A stretch of DNA of 63,666 bases, the filler included, from Candidatus Nezhaarchaeota archaeon WYZ-LMO8 (GTDB lineage: Archaea > Thermoproteota > Methanomethylicia > Nezhaarchaeales > WYZ-LMO8), in NCBI GenBank assembly GCA_004347965.1. It is 3 parts of 3 records of this genome, joined end to end, with 100 filler letters (N's around TTAATTAATTAA, not from the genome) between each part and the next. Parts side by side here need not be neighbours in the genome. Positions count along the whole stretch, not along the records: positions 1 to 26,539 come from QNVF01000021.1; positions 26,640 to 50,560 come from QNVF01000022.1; 1 more part is not named here. The stretch is one strand, 5' to 3'. Position 1 is the first letter of the stretch. The number at the start of each line of letters is the position of its first letter. Below the pieces are notes generated by a model. It made no database searches and was not told the origin of the DNA. It saw only the letters and a program-made list of their open reading frames with translations. The position numbers and the translations under genes are program-made. Positions 17,762-27,890 of this stretch are shown here, one piece after another.

Positions 17762-20278
17762 ATGATGGAGAAACCTCATGCAGTTGAGATCGAAGAAGTA
17801 TTCAGACTGCTGAACTCGTCTCCTCGAGGACTAACTCAAGAAGAAGCATTGAGAAGGCTTAAGACCTACGGCAGAAACGTCTTGGAAGAGGAAAGGATAA
17901 GCAAATTGAAGATATTTCTAAAACAGTTTAAGAGCTTTTTGATCTACATATTGCTAGTAGCCGCGCTGATATCCATAGTTACAGGCAAAATCAAGGATTT
18001 TGTGATAATAATTTTCTTAGTTCTCGTAAATAGTGTTATAGGGTATTGGCAGGAGCTTAAAGCAGAGTCTGCTATAAGAGCCTTAAAGAGACTTACGGAG
18101 AGTAAAGTGAAGGTTTTAAGGGATGGCACGCTTATAGAGATACCGTCGTCAGAGCTAGTCCCTGGAGATGTTGTACTGTTATCTGAAGGAGACTTAGTAA
18201 CGGCAGACATAAGGCTCTTCAAGAGCTCAGGCTTGATGATAGATGAATCGACAATCACAGGCGAGTCCATACCAGTAGCAAAGGACCACTCAGTGCTACT
18301 CCCTCCAGATATCATGCCTTATGACCTCAAGAACATGGTTTTAGCTGGAACTACAGTCGTCAAAGGCTCTGGAGTTGGTGCAGTTGTTAGAACTGGGAAC
18401 TCAACGTATTTAGCTTCAATAGCAGAGAAGGTGAAAGAGAAGCCACCCGAAAGCCCCTTCACCGTAGCTATGAACCTCTTCGTTAGAAGGTACATATTTT
18501 TAGTGATCATGCTTCTAACAACTGTAGGAGTCGTCGGATACCTTCAAGCTAGAGAGATGGTAGAGATAGCTTACTTCCTCATAGCTCAGCTAGTTTCAGC
18601 CGTTCCAGAGGGCTTACCTATAGTCACGGTCTTGATCTTAACTATGGGATCCATGGTATTGAGCAAAAGGAAGACTCTAGTGAGACACCTACCTGCTGTA
18701 GAGACCCTTGGAAGTGCAACTGTGATAGCGACCGACAAGACCGGGACTATTACTGAAGGGAGGCTTGCAGTAAAAGAGGTCTACGCAATAGATCGAGAGA
18801 AGCTTAAGTTAGTAGCTGCACTATGTAACGATTCTAGGAGTGGCATTGGAGATCCAATGGATGTTGCTCTAGCTAAATGGGTTAGTGAAGATTACGAGAA
18901 GCTTAGAGCTCTGTATCCTAGGATTAAGGAATATCCATTTGACGTTAAGCGTAGGTTCATGGCTACTGTAAACAACGTAGACGGGCGATTGATGATATTA
19001 ATCAAGGGAGCTTATGAGGCCCTTAAACCTATGGCTAAAAACGATTACAACGACTTAAAGGACTTGGAGAAAGGATTAGAGTCTATGGCTGAAAGAGGTC
19101 TTAGAGTTCTAGCTTTTGGCATTGGCGAGTGGAATGGAGATGATGTTAAAGACTGGAATATAGAGATAGTTGGGCTTATTGGCTTTCTCGACCCTCCAAA
19201 AGAAGGAGTCAGAGAGGCAGTTCTAACAGCTAAAAAAGCCGGTATAAGGATCATCATGGTGACTGGAGACTACCCATCAACAGCGAGAGCTATAGCTAAG
19301 GAAGTCGGTATATGGAGCGAAGGAGATCTAGTACTTACTGGAAGAGATGTAGAATCCATGAGCGACGATGAGCTCTACAAAGTGTTAAAGAGAGCGACGG
19401 TGCTCGCGAGAATATTACCCGAGCAAAAGTACCGAGTGGTCAAGGTGTTGCAGGAGAGAGGTGAAATAGTAGCTGTAACTGGTGACGGCATTAATGACGT
19501 TCCAGCATTGAAGATAGCCGATTTGGGCTTGGCCATGGGCTCAGGATCTGAGGCGGCTAAGAGCGTAGCAAAGATGGTCATTGTTGATGACAATTTAAGG
19601 GTTATAGTCAATGCCATAAAATGTGGAAGGATAATAGCAGATAACATTAGGAAGGTGATATACTATCTAGTATCGACAAATATGGGAGAACTTGTATTAA
19701 TATCATCAGCAGTACTGGCAGGATTACCACTGCCACTCTATCCAACTCAAGTGTTATGGGTCAACCTTGTCACTAACGGAGTTCAAGATAAGACATTTCC
19801 GTTAGCAAAGGAAGAGGGCAATGTTATGGAGCGGTCTCCGAAAAACCCCTACAAGCAGTTCTTCGACTTGCCTCAAATAGCTAGAATTTTAATCTTCGGT
19901 CTCGCCATGGGGTTGGGGAACTTCCTCCTCTTCAAACACTTATTAAGCATATGTAGTGTTGAAAGAGCTGTTTCAATAATTTTCACTTCAGTCGTGATCG
20001 CCGAGTGGTTAAATGGATTTCAAGCTCAGAAGGAGAAGGAACCATTCTTCAAGAACATAAAGAGAAGCTTAATAATCAACCCTTACATATTTGTAGGTAC
20101 CGGTATTGGTCTAGCTCTACAATCGTTAGCTCTCTACGTAGTGCCTGATTGGTTTCACGTTATACCAATAACTTTACAGTGCTGGGGGTATGCCTTAATA
20201 GTCCCGCTGATATGCTTCATGGTCGTTGAAGTAAGAAAATGGATTGAAGTGTTACTTGAAAAGCGTAAGAGGATGTAA
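17762..20278 (+). CDS. P-type (P2) cation-transporting ATPase
   Basis: TGES, VPEGLP, DKTGT phosphorylation site, KGA, TGD and GDGIND motifs. Confidence 0.95.
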   Translation: MMEKPHAVEIEEVFRLLNSSPRGLTQEEALRRLKTYGRNVLEEERISKLKIFLKQFKSFLIYILLVAALISIVTGKIKDFVIIIFLVLVNSVIGYWQELKAESAIRALKRLTESKVKVLRDGTLIEIPSSELVPGDVVLLSEGDLVTADIRLFKSSGLMIDESTITGESIPVAKDHSVLLPPDIMPYDLKNMVLAGTTVVKGSGVGAVVRTGNSTYLASIAEKVKEKPPESPFTVAMNLFVRRYIFLVIMLLTTVGVVGYLQAREMVEIAYFLIAQLVSAVPEGLPIVTVLILTMGSMVLSKRKTLVRHLPAVETLGSATVIATDKTGTITEGRLAVKEVYAIDREKLKLVAALCNDSRSGIGDPMDVALAKWVSEDYEKLRALYPRIKEYPFDVKRRFMATVNNVDGRLMILIKGAYEALKPMAKNDYNDLKDLEKGLESMAERGLRVLAFGIGEWNGDDVKDWNIEIVGLIGFLDPPKEGVREAVLTAKKAGIRIIMVTGDYPSTARAIAKEVGIWSEGDLVLTGRDVESMSDDELYKVLKRATVLARILPEQKYRVVKVLQERGEIVAVTGDGINDVPALKIADLGLAMGSGSEAAKSVAKMVIVDDNLRVIVNAIKCGRIIADNIRKVIYYLVSTNMGELVLISSAVLAGLPLPLYPTQVLWVNLVTNGVQDKTFPLAKEEGNVMERSPKNPYKQFFDLPQIARILIFGLAMGLGNFLLFKHLLSICSVERAVSIIFTSVVIAEWLNGFQAQKEKEPFFKNIKRSLIINPYIFVGTGIGLALQSLALYVVPDWFHVIPITLQCWGYALIVPLICFMVVEVRKWIEVLLEKRKRM

Positions 20279-20509
20279 GTGCGATTTGACCGTTAACTCA
20301 ACTTAACTGCGTGGCCTCATTTAAAATACCCTTATAATCTTCTTGCTTCAGCAACTACGCTCAATCTTTATCGAGCCACTTCATTGAGATTAACCTCACG
20401 AAGTCTCTTATCCTCTTCAAATATTGATGAAGCTAAGCCCTTATTTAAAACTCGATAAACTTTATGATAGGTTAAAAGAAGGATAACTGGAGAACTACGT
20501 GAGGGTGAC

Positions 20510-21205
20510 GTGTTGAATAGAGTCTTGGTTATAGCTCATAGAGGTGCTTCTGCTTATGAACCTGAAAACACTTTGAGGTCTATAAAGAGAGCCTTGAATT
20601 TGGGTGCCGACATGGTTGAGATAGATGTAAGGACAACAAAGGATGGCCATATAGTGGTCATACACGATGCAACTGTTGACAGGACAACTAATGGAAGGGG
20701 CTACGTCAAAGATATGACCCTCGAGGAATTAAAGAAGCTTGATGCAGGTCTGGGGGAGCGCATTCCAACCCTTCAGGAGGTCATCTCCCTAGTCAAGGGA
20801 AGAGTAGGTTTAGTCATCGAAATCAAGGTTCCAGGAATTGAGGAGAAGGTACTCAAGATAGTTAATGAGAATAAGCTTCATGACGACGTTCTAATCACAT
20901 CATTTTACCATCCCATTCTATTACGTGTCAAAAGCTTAAACGCAAAGGTGCGAACTGGCATAATCATAGCATCACGTCCAGTTAGACCGGCGCAACTCGC
21001 TTTGGACGCTAGATCCAACGCTATTTTTCCGAAGTACACTTATCTTGATCTAGAAATGGTTGAGGAAGCGCACAAGCATAGCTTAACTGTCTATCCATGG
21101 ACGGTCGACGACCCAGGGGAAGCAAGGCTATTAATCGAAATGGGTATTGACGGTATAGTCACCAATAAGCCAGACATTTTACGCCAACGAGCTCTCACAG
21201 ATTGA
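20510..21205 (+). CDS. Glycerophosphodiester phosphodiesterase
   Basis: AHRGAS.YEPENT, EIDV, IHD.TVDRTT and WTVD motifs. Confidence 0.92.
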   Translation: MLNRVLVIAHRGASAYEPENTLRSIKRALNLGADMVEIDVRTTKDGHIVVIHDATVDRTTNGRGYVKDMTLEELKKLDAGLGERIPTLQEVISLVKGRVGLVIEIKVPGIEEKVLKIVNENKLHDDVLITSFYHPILLRVKSLNAKVRTGIIIASRPVRPAQLALDARSNAIFPKYTYLDLEMVEEAHKHSLTVYPWTVDDPGEARLLIEMGIDGIVTNKPDILRQRALTD

Positions 21206-21364
21206 ATGAAGCAAAAGCACCTCAAAGCCAAGGAAAACCTTTTATTTCTACAAGGTAGTTCGATTGAAGCATTAACCTTGAATTGTAATTTCGATTTTGA
21301 ACATTAACTTTCTCTAAATTTATAGGTTACCAATCCAAGTACTCAATAGACAAGTGTGACTTGA

Positions 21365-22159
21365 ATGATTGAGATAGTCGTTCTAGGCAAGGTAAGCAAC
21401 GTAATGTTAAACTTCATAGGAAGTTGTGTTAGCGAGGTTGTAAGGGTCTTTGACATTGATCCACGAATTCTGAGGTTGATCTTGGCAGAATCTAGGGAGA
21501 AACTGGAGGAGTTTATCGAGATACCTCTAGCTCAACCTCTCAGCTCGATCTCCCACTTGTACGTAGCCGGAAAACCTACAGTCTTCGTAATAGCTTCTGA
21601 GCTCTATGATAAAAGTGAGACGGTAGTTAGAGGCGAGCTTCTCATAGCCTTGGCTCACGCTAGGCTTCATGGCTCTGAAGAGTATTATGCCATCAAGCTC
21701 CCTAAAGGGCTTCAAAGAATGTTAAGCTATGGAGCATCCGAAGAAGCAGCTATGGCAGCTCTATACCTCGTAGCTTCAGGAGTTAAGGGCTATGAAGCAA
21801 CACGCTTCGTAGCAAATAGGGGGTACCTCGTGGAGATGAAGGAAGTTCACAAGCTTCATCTAAGAATAACGCCTGAGGAAAGGGTTTCTTGGGCTTATGC
21901 TGAAGGGAGCCCTCAACTACAAGCCCTCTTAACTTTAAACACGTTCAAAGCCCTTGCAAATTCTCTACCCATTCGCGATCTTGATGAGGAGCTAAATGAG
22001 CTATTCGAGGAGAACTTGAACATTATACCCTTAGAGTTCAGACGAAACGTCGAGAAAGCACTCTTCGCTATCCTACCGCAGGAACCTCAAACTACGTTTG
22101 ATAGGATTGAGGCTTGCTTAGAGGCACTAAATGATGTTATCAGCATGGCCCTCCTCTAG
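21365..22159 (+). CDS. Hypothetical protein, possibly a degenerate zincin-like fold
   Basis: 264-aa ORF. LIALAHARLHG resembles an HExxH helix that lacks the first His and the Glu. Confidence 0.55.
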   Translation: MIEIVVLGKVSNVMLNFIGSCVSEVVRVFDIDPRILRLILAESREKLEEFIEIPLAQPLSSISHLYVAGKPTVFVIASELYDKSETVVRGELLIALAHARLHGSEEYYAIKLPKGLQRMLSYGASEEAAMAALYLVASGVKGYEATRFVANRGYLVEMKEVHKLHLRITPEERVSWAYAEGSPQLQALLTLNTFKALANSLPIRDLDEELNELFEENLNIIPLEFRRNVEKALFAILPQEPQTTFDRIEACLEALNDVISMALL

Positions 22160-22216
22160 GTTCTATGAAGCCTAACTCTTAGATCGGTGATGCTCAAGTT
22201 CCGCTCAGAGGACCAG

Positions 22217-23848
22217 TTACTTAATCGTCTTAGCCATGTATACACCATTTTTCTTGTATCCATGCTTAGCATAATATTCCTTCACTCCTAAAGCTGACAA
22301 CACTAACAACTTCTTAGCATCATATTCATCTCTTGCAATTCTCTCAGCTTCTTGAAGCAACATGGATCCAAAACCTCTATGTTGCCATTCACTATCCGTT
22401 TTCTCTCCTACTGGAACGACGTTGCCATAAACATGGAGGACCCTAACTATTGCTGATGGTCTCTCAATAACTTCTCGCCTAAACGCCATACTTGAAGGTA
22501 TCCTGAGCCTTAACAAGCCTATTAGCACGTCGCTAACCATATCCTCGTATGAAAGAAAAACCTCCACGCCACCAGAGGCCTCGTACTTTTCAACGTTGAG
22601 CTTCACGTGATCGAGAATTGGCTCAACACCCCTCTTGAGCTTTACATGCCCAACCTCTCTACATCTAACGCAATTACACTTTAAACCTTGAGCTTCAAGC
22701 TTCTTAAGCGCCATGTTCCTAAGGTCCCCTCTTTTGACACCATCGACTATGAGTTGGGATGGAATGTCGCGTTGAACCCTCTGAATCCTAACCCACCTTG
22801 GTACGATCTTCTTCACTTCAGTTATGAGCTCAGCAGTCTCCTCAGAGGAATACGGCTTATAATCGCCTCGAAGCCACATCTCGTAGAGCTTAGTCCCCCT
22901 CAACACGAGGGTAGGATATATCTTAATACAGTCCGGCTTAAATCGAGGATCATTGAAGACTATCTTGAACATCTCGAGGTCCCGTTTAGGATCAGAGCCT
23001 GGTAATCCAAGCATCAAGTGAGTTATGACCTCGAAACCACAGTCTTTAGCAATCCTAAAGGCTTCGACAACATCATTAACTGTATGACCTCTTTTCACAA
23101 CGTAGTAGACGTCATCGAAGACCGTTTGGACTCCAAGCTCTACCTTCGTAAAGCCCATTTCCAGCATGGTGTTCGCATGCTCTTGCTTGAATAAGTCTGG
23201 TCTAGTTTCAGCTGAGAGCCCTGAGACCCTAATAGGAGCCTTTTCTGCCAGTAACTTAGCCTCTTCAAGGTCTTTAGCCTCAGAACCGTTTAGGGCATCC
23301 AAGCACCTCTTAACAAACCATGTTTGATAATCAAGCGGTAAGTAGGTGAAGTTCCCTCCAAGTATTATTACCTCAACCTTGTCAACCTTGTGACCTATCT
23401 CCTTTAACTGTTCGACTCTGCTCTTGACCTGCATGTATGGATCGTAATTCCACTCCCTAGCTCTCCTTCCAGCAGGCTCAAACCCGGTGTACGCTGGAGG
23501 AGTCCCAACATCAGGTCCTCCGGGACAATATATGCATCGTCCATGCGGGCATTGGTACGGTTTAACCATGACGGTTAGGGGGACTACTCCACTTATTGAC
23601 CTTACCTTCTTGACTCTCAACATCGTCATGAGGGGCTCCTTATAACCAGCAACCTTAAGGATGTCGGAGTTCTTTGGTGGCGGAACTTTGTACTTCTTAG
23701 CCACTTCAATCTTGATCTTGTTGATCTCGACATTTTCCTTTAAAGGCTCCTCTATAACTCTCTTTGCGATCTCTAAGCAAGCCATCTTAAACCTCTCGTT
23801 CTCGATTAGACCTCTCATTCCTTGAGGAGACCCCGCTTTAATAAGCAA
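22217..23848 (-). CDS. elp3: Elp3 tRNA uridine(34) acetyltransferase (radical SAM + KAT)
   Basis: CPHGRCIYCPGG, ETRPD, ELGVQT, KIYPT, RVQRDIP and QHRGFG motifs. Confidence 0.95.
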   Translation of the reverse strand: MLIKAGSPQGMRGLIENERFKMACLEIAKRVIEEPLKENVEINKIKIEVAKKYKVPPPKNSDILKVAGYKEPLMTMLRVKKVRSISGVVPLTVMVKPYQCPHGRCIYCPGGPDVGTPPAYTGFEPAGRRAREWNYDPYMQVKSRVEQLKEIGHKVDKVEVIILGGNFTYLPLDYQTWFVKRCLDALNGSEAKDLEEAKLLAEKAPIRVSGLSAETRPDLFKQEHANTMLEMGFTKVELGVQTVFDDVYYVVKRGHTVNDVVEAFRIAKDCGFEVITHLMLGLPGSDPKRDLEMFKIVFNDPRFKPDCIKIYPTLVLRGTKLYEMWLRGDYKPYSSEETAELITEVKKIVPRWVRIQRVQRDIPSQLIVDGVKRGDLRNMALKKLEAQGLKCNCVRCREVGHVKLKRGVEPILDHVKLNVEKYEASGGVEVFLSYEDMVSDVLIGLLRLRIPSSMAFRREVIERPSAIVRVLHVYGNVVPVGEKTDSEWQHRGFGSMLLQEAERIARDEYDAKKLLVLSALGVKEYYAKHGYKKNGVYMAKTIK

Positions 23849-23856
23849 AGATGGAG

Positions 23857-24756
23857 CTATAAGTACCTAGTTATCAATTCACTTACGATGGTAAAAACCT
23901 CGTTAACATCCCTAGAAACCAATCTTGAGAGAGCTTTACTGGCCTTCTCTACAGCATCATCCCTTGAACTTCCTTTGACTATAAAACCTCCTACTAGCCA
24001 AAGTATTGAGTCCAAGTGCAATGGAGGCATCCTGCACCTCTTGGCTATTAAGCTCCAGGCTCTCTGAACGTTTCTTGGCTTACTGGTTATGACCTTAATT
24101 ACATCGCTCCAAGACTTAACATCACGGCCCTCGATCTCAGCTATCCCTGAAGCCCACGATATCTTAGCTATCCTTGAGTCCACAGGAATTGGTATATTGA
24201 AGGGCGCTATGATGGGCTTTCCGTAGTACGCTCTATATGCGTAGCAGATCATCTTTAGTGAAAACACAATGGTTTTTGAGCTCCACTTAGATTTCAAACT
24301 TGCAGCTAACTCCTTGGCAAAATTACGTAAGTCACTTGTCTGCTCAACTATTCTACTAGGCTCTAAGACCCTTGCTACTGAGGCTCTTAATAGCCTAGAC
24401 ACCTTCACAGTCCTCAATGCAACGTTTATCTTAGAGGTGGTAAGGAAGCTTGTTACAAGCTTCACTGCGTCAATTAAGCTCTTGGGCTCGCTAGCTTTTG
24501 AAACGTAGAGTGCAAATTCATTCCAGTAATCCTCGCCTCTACCACTAAGCCTATAGCTTATGATGCTATTTAGCGTGGTGAGCGTTAGAGCCGAGCCAAA
24601 GCTCATCCTGCTCGTAATGAGCTTAATAGCTTGAAATTGTGGGTCAAGCTCCTCCATTCTTAGAGCGCTTTCTAGCCCCAGCAAGCTTAGCTTCTTAGCT
24701 ACAACCTCGATTCTCCCTTGATTCGTCTTCACTATGAACAAGGAGCTAGCACCCAA
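23857..24756 (-). CDS. Archaeal 8-oxoguanine DNA glycosylase/AP lyase (AGOG)
   Basis: EELDPQF, SYRLSGRGEDYW, KTIVFSLKM, IPIPVDSRI and PPLHLDSILW motifs. Confidence 0.88.
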   Translation of the reverse strand: MGASSLFIVKTNQGRIEVVAKKLSLLGLESALRMEELDPQFQAIKLITSRMSFGSALTLTTLNSIISYRLSGRGEDYWNEFALYVSKASEPKSLIDAVKLVTSFLTTSKINVALRTVKVSRLLRASVARVLEPSRIVEQTSDLRNFAKELAASLKSKWSSKTIVFSLKMICYAYRAYYGKPIIAPFNIPIPVDSRIAKISWASGIAEIEGRDVKSWSDVIKVITSKPRNVQRAWSLIAKRCRMPPLHLDSILWLVGGFIVKGSSRDDAVEKASKALSRLVSRDVNEVFTIVSELITRYL

Positions 24757-24777
24757 AAGCCTAACGCTTTAATGTCT

Positions 24778-25704
24778 TCACATAGCTGCTCTATCTGGAT
24801 CATCTATTAGACCAAGAGATGCTAGGGCCCCTATGCACCCCCTATCACCAGTGACAGGCTTTAGGATAGCATTAACGTTAGAGGCCGTTCTACGAGCGTC
24901 TTCTATCGTGACCATCTCCCTCTTAGCTCTTTCAGTAAATTCCCTTAGCTCTGACGGCATCACTACACTGATCTTATAGGCCATTCCAGTATGCTCTGAC
25001 AAAGTCCTCTCCTTCAATGCTCTCTCAATGTAGTTGAGAACATCATTAACTTCATGGGGTCTCACGGCTAACACGAGCCCCGATGATACGCAATTGGAGG
25101 TCTTGTAAGGATTCTCCTTGTAAAGCTGGGTTAATGTCAATGAAACGTAATCAGCTAGTCTCTTAAGCTCAAGCTCAAGGCCGAGGTTATTGGCAAGGCA
25201 CCAAGTTGCACCTTCGTTCTTGGTATCGGTATCATCTATGCCGATGCACAACTTGTACTTCAATGGCATCGTTAATATGCTCCTACCTAGCTTAGCTCCA
25301 CCGCCCATCTCTAAAATCTCAACTTCCTCCACTCCTTCAGCCAATCCTCTACAAAGCGTAAAGCCTACACCAGCTCCTGCTAGACCCCTATAAGCCACTT
25401 TAACCTTATCGCCCTCAATCCAAGCCCCCTCTATACATGCTACTCCGCTGCCTTCACGCGGTTCACAAAGCCTAATGAGGTATATGTTCCTGTTACCCTC
25501 TCTTCTAGCCATCACGACGGTTGAGCTACTTCTAGCTACGTTAAGAGTGGTCCAAGCAGCATTACCGAAACAAGGCCCCTCATATATCTCGTGAACCTCA
25601 ACGTACTCTCTGAGCTCGTCGCTCAACGCAATTAACTTCCTAAATGGAGTTATCCAAGGTTTACCTCTAACGAGCTTAGCAACTTCCTCTCTTCTAAGTC
25701 TCAT
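24778..25704 (-). CDS. mmp11: Methanogenesis marker protein 11 (TiaS FLD-like domain)
   Basis: YRGLAGAGVG..LCRGLAEGV, GGGAKLG, IGIDDTDTKNEGATW, NPYKTSNCVS and G.IGALAS motifs. Confidence 0.82.
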   Translation of the reverse strand: MRLRREEVAKLVRGKPWITPFRKLIALSDELREYVEVHEIYEGPCFGNAAWTTLNVARSSSTVVMARREGNRNIYLIRLCEPREGSGVACIEGAWIEGDKVKVAYRGLAGAGVGFTLCRGLAEGVEEVEILEMGGGAKLGRSILTMPLKYKLCIGIDDTDTKNEGATWCLANNLGLELELKRLADYVSLTLTQLYKENPYKTSNCVSSGLVLAVRPHEVNDVLNYIERALKERTLSEHTGMAYKISVVMPSELREFTERAKREMVTIEDARRTASNVNAILKPVTGDRGCIGALASLGLIDDPDRAAM

Positions 25705-25796
25705 TCAAGCCCCCTTTATCGTACTTATAGTACAACTTAAGCTCCATATAAAAAACTAAGCTAGCTTACCCACGTTGAGAAATGCTTTGATAAGCA

Positions 25797-26288
25797 CTAT
25801 GACTTGTCCTTTTGTATGTGAACTAAGTACAGCTTTGCATAGAACCTGCCGCTACCAGACGCCTTGTTCCACGTCAACTTTAAGCTCACTTCGTACGTAC
25901 CCTCTTCAATCGGCATCGGCGCATCCCAACCAGGTATTATAGCCATTATCCTATAGCACGATGTACCTATCACGACCATGCATGGCATCTCTATCACATA
26001 AGCTTTATTCTCTGACTCAAGTGTGAGCACTCCATTGACCACGATGCTGAAATTGCCTTCACGTTCGAGCAAGGCCACCTTAGCGATTACGCTGCCGTCA
26101 GGTACCTCGATCATTCCAAGATCATAGGAGACCATGCCGCTCTCCCTGTCTACCACTACGTCTATGTCGAACACTCTATATGGAACACTCACAATCCCTC
26201 TTAACCCAACATCTAGTACGAGAATTGCTACGCTAGTACCAGCAACTACTGCGATAGTAGCTAAGGCTATTGGAAGCATCCACTTCAT
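25797..26288 (-). CDS. Hypothetical membrane-anchored/secreted beta-rich protein
   Basis: N-terminal hydrophobic helix followed by a beta-strand-like domain. Confidence 0.6.
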   Translation of the reverse strand: MKWMLPIALATIAVVAGTSVAILVLDVGLRGIVSVPYRVFDIDVVVDRESGMVSYDLGMIEVPDGSVIAKVALLEREGNFSIVVNGVLTLESENKAYVIEMPCMVVIGTSCYRIMAIIPGWDAPMPIEEGTYEVSLKLTWNKASGSGRFYAKLYLVHIQKDKS

Positions 26289-26539
26289 GTTTTGAGCTCA
26301 CCAGCATCTACGTAACTATGCCCCTACTATCTTATGTAGTTTTCATTAGCGCCATCTCAATCTATAAAGACTTGTAGTATGACTGGCCCATAGTGCTAAG
26401 GACGATGAAGAAATAATCTTGCAACCTCATGATCAAGGTCTTAGGGTACTATCATGGATTAATGCTTACATATATGAAGATGGACGATTAACGATGACTT
26501 TGAGTTAACTAGTTTTTCTCGAGTTTTCTTAGCTACTGA

Positions 26540-26639
26540 NNNNNNNNNNNNNNNNNNNNNNNNNNNNNNNNNNNNNNNNNNNNTTAATTAATTAANNNNN
26601 NNNNNNNNNNNNNNNNNNNNNNNNNNNNNNNNNNNNNNN
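26540..26639. other. Artificial contig-join linker (N-run TTAATTAATTAA N-run)
   Basis: Ns flank a 12-mer that has stops in all six frames. Identical to the second linker. Confidence 0.97.
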
Positions 26640-26949
26640 TCTTTAAGACAATTTGTCCTTCAAGTACCGGAGCTTTAAGCTTCACGTTAAGCAACCTAGT
26701 TACGAGCTCACGTATAGCTAACTTTGGTATTGGCTTAGTGGTTTTCACAGATACTACGGGTGGATCACCGCCTTCAACTGGTATGACGGTGAAGACGATT
26801 CGTTTAGGATTAGAAACTTCCTCCTCTGCATACTCCACACCACGTTGACAGTTAGCGCCTTCAACCACGATCTTTTCATTACTCATCACAACTCTTAAAA
26901 GACAGCTACGCGGACAGACGATGCAAGTCAGCTCTTGATACTTCATCAA
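26640..26949 (-). CDS. DUF1667 family Cys-rich protein (3' truncated by contig end)
   Basis: CIVCPRSC...GANCQRG..YA.EE..NPKR...VSVKT.KPIPK. Confidence 0.8.
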
Positions 26950-27146
26950 TTCACCCTGGTCAATACCTCAAATTCACGAATTATGACTATGAATATTTAA
27001 ACCTTGTATTAGTAGACTTTTTAGTTAAAGCTACGAGCAACATAGATGATGCTGTTAAGTGCGTCTAAACTCTAGTACATGCACTTGAGCTTCCTGAAGT
27101 AGCAATTTATGTATCCCTAACTTATAATATTATTTAGGATGTTATC

Positions 27147-27890
27147 ATGGCCGTCTCCGTAATTTTTCCAGTGAAGAATAGGGAGGAATACGTTAAGAGA
27201 GCTGTAAAGACAGCTTTTAAGGCAAAGCATGTAATGGAAGTGATAGTTGTTGATGGCGGTAGCAGTGATAGGACAGTTGAAGTCTCCAGAAAAGAGGGCG
27301 CTAAGGTCATAATTCAAAGCAACTTGGTTTATCCAGGTAAGGGCATAGCCATGCGGGATGGAGCCTATCTTGCGGAAGGAGATATTTTAGTCTTTCTAGA
27401 TGTAGACATCAAGAACCTGACTCCAGATTTCATTGAAAGTTTAGCTGAACCATTAATCAATGGATGGGCAGCCTTTGTGAAGGGGTGTTTTGATAGGGCT
27501 GCTGGGAGAGTTACGGAGTTAGTTGCTAAACCTCTTTTAAGGATGTTTTATCCTGAGCTGGCGAAGTTCAAGCAGCCTTTAAGCGGTGAGATTGCTGGAT
27601 TAAGGAAGTTGTTCTACAAGGTAGAGTTTGAAAGAGGGTGGGGCGTGGATGTAGGTTTGCTAATTGATTTTCACAAGCTTGGAGCAAAGATCGTTGAGAA
27701 GGACCTTGGATACAAGGACCATGAGATGAAGCCCCTACACGCGTTAACGGATATGGCCTATGAGGTTGCAGAAGCTATACTGAAAAGAGCTATTAGGGAC
27801 CGTAAAATAGATGCTTACTGGGCCGAGAAGTACTTAAAGAGCGTTAAGAGTCTCGACTTGAAGCCCGAAGTTGATGGGGAATCCATTTGA
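27147..27890 (+). CDS. GT-A glycosyltransferase, glucosyl-3-phosphoglycerate synthase-like
   Basis: VVDGGSSD, GKGIAM, FLDVD, GRVTELVAKPLL, QPLSGE and GWGVDVGLLID motifs. Confidence 0.82.
   Translation: MAVSVIFPVKNREEYVKRAVKTAFKAKHVMEVIVVDGGSSDRTVEVSRKEGAKVIIQSNLVYPGKGIAMRDGAYLAEGDILVFLDVDIKNLTPDFIESLAEPLINGWAAFVKGCFDRAAGRVTELVAKPLLRMFYPELAKFKQPLSGEIAGLRKLFYKVEFERGWGVDVGLLIDFHKLGAKIVEKDLGYKDHEMKPLHALTDMAYEVAEAILKRAIRDRKIDAYWAEKYLKSVKSLDLKPEVDGESI

Noticed and set aside
22159..22214. C/D-like element after the 21365 ORF (ATGAAGC...GTGATGC...CAGA with a GGTTC/GGACC stem)
   Set aside because: All four boxes are degenerate and the first guide is only about 8 nt, which is insufficient support.
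26540..26639. TTAATTAATTAA palindrome, repeated at 50605-50616
   Set aside because: It is embedded in N-runs and is an artificial contig linker. ORF-track entries running into it are truncated artefacts.
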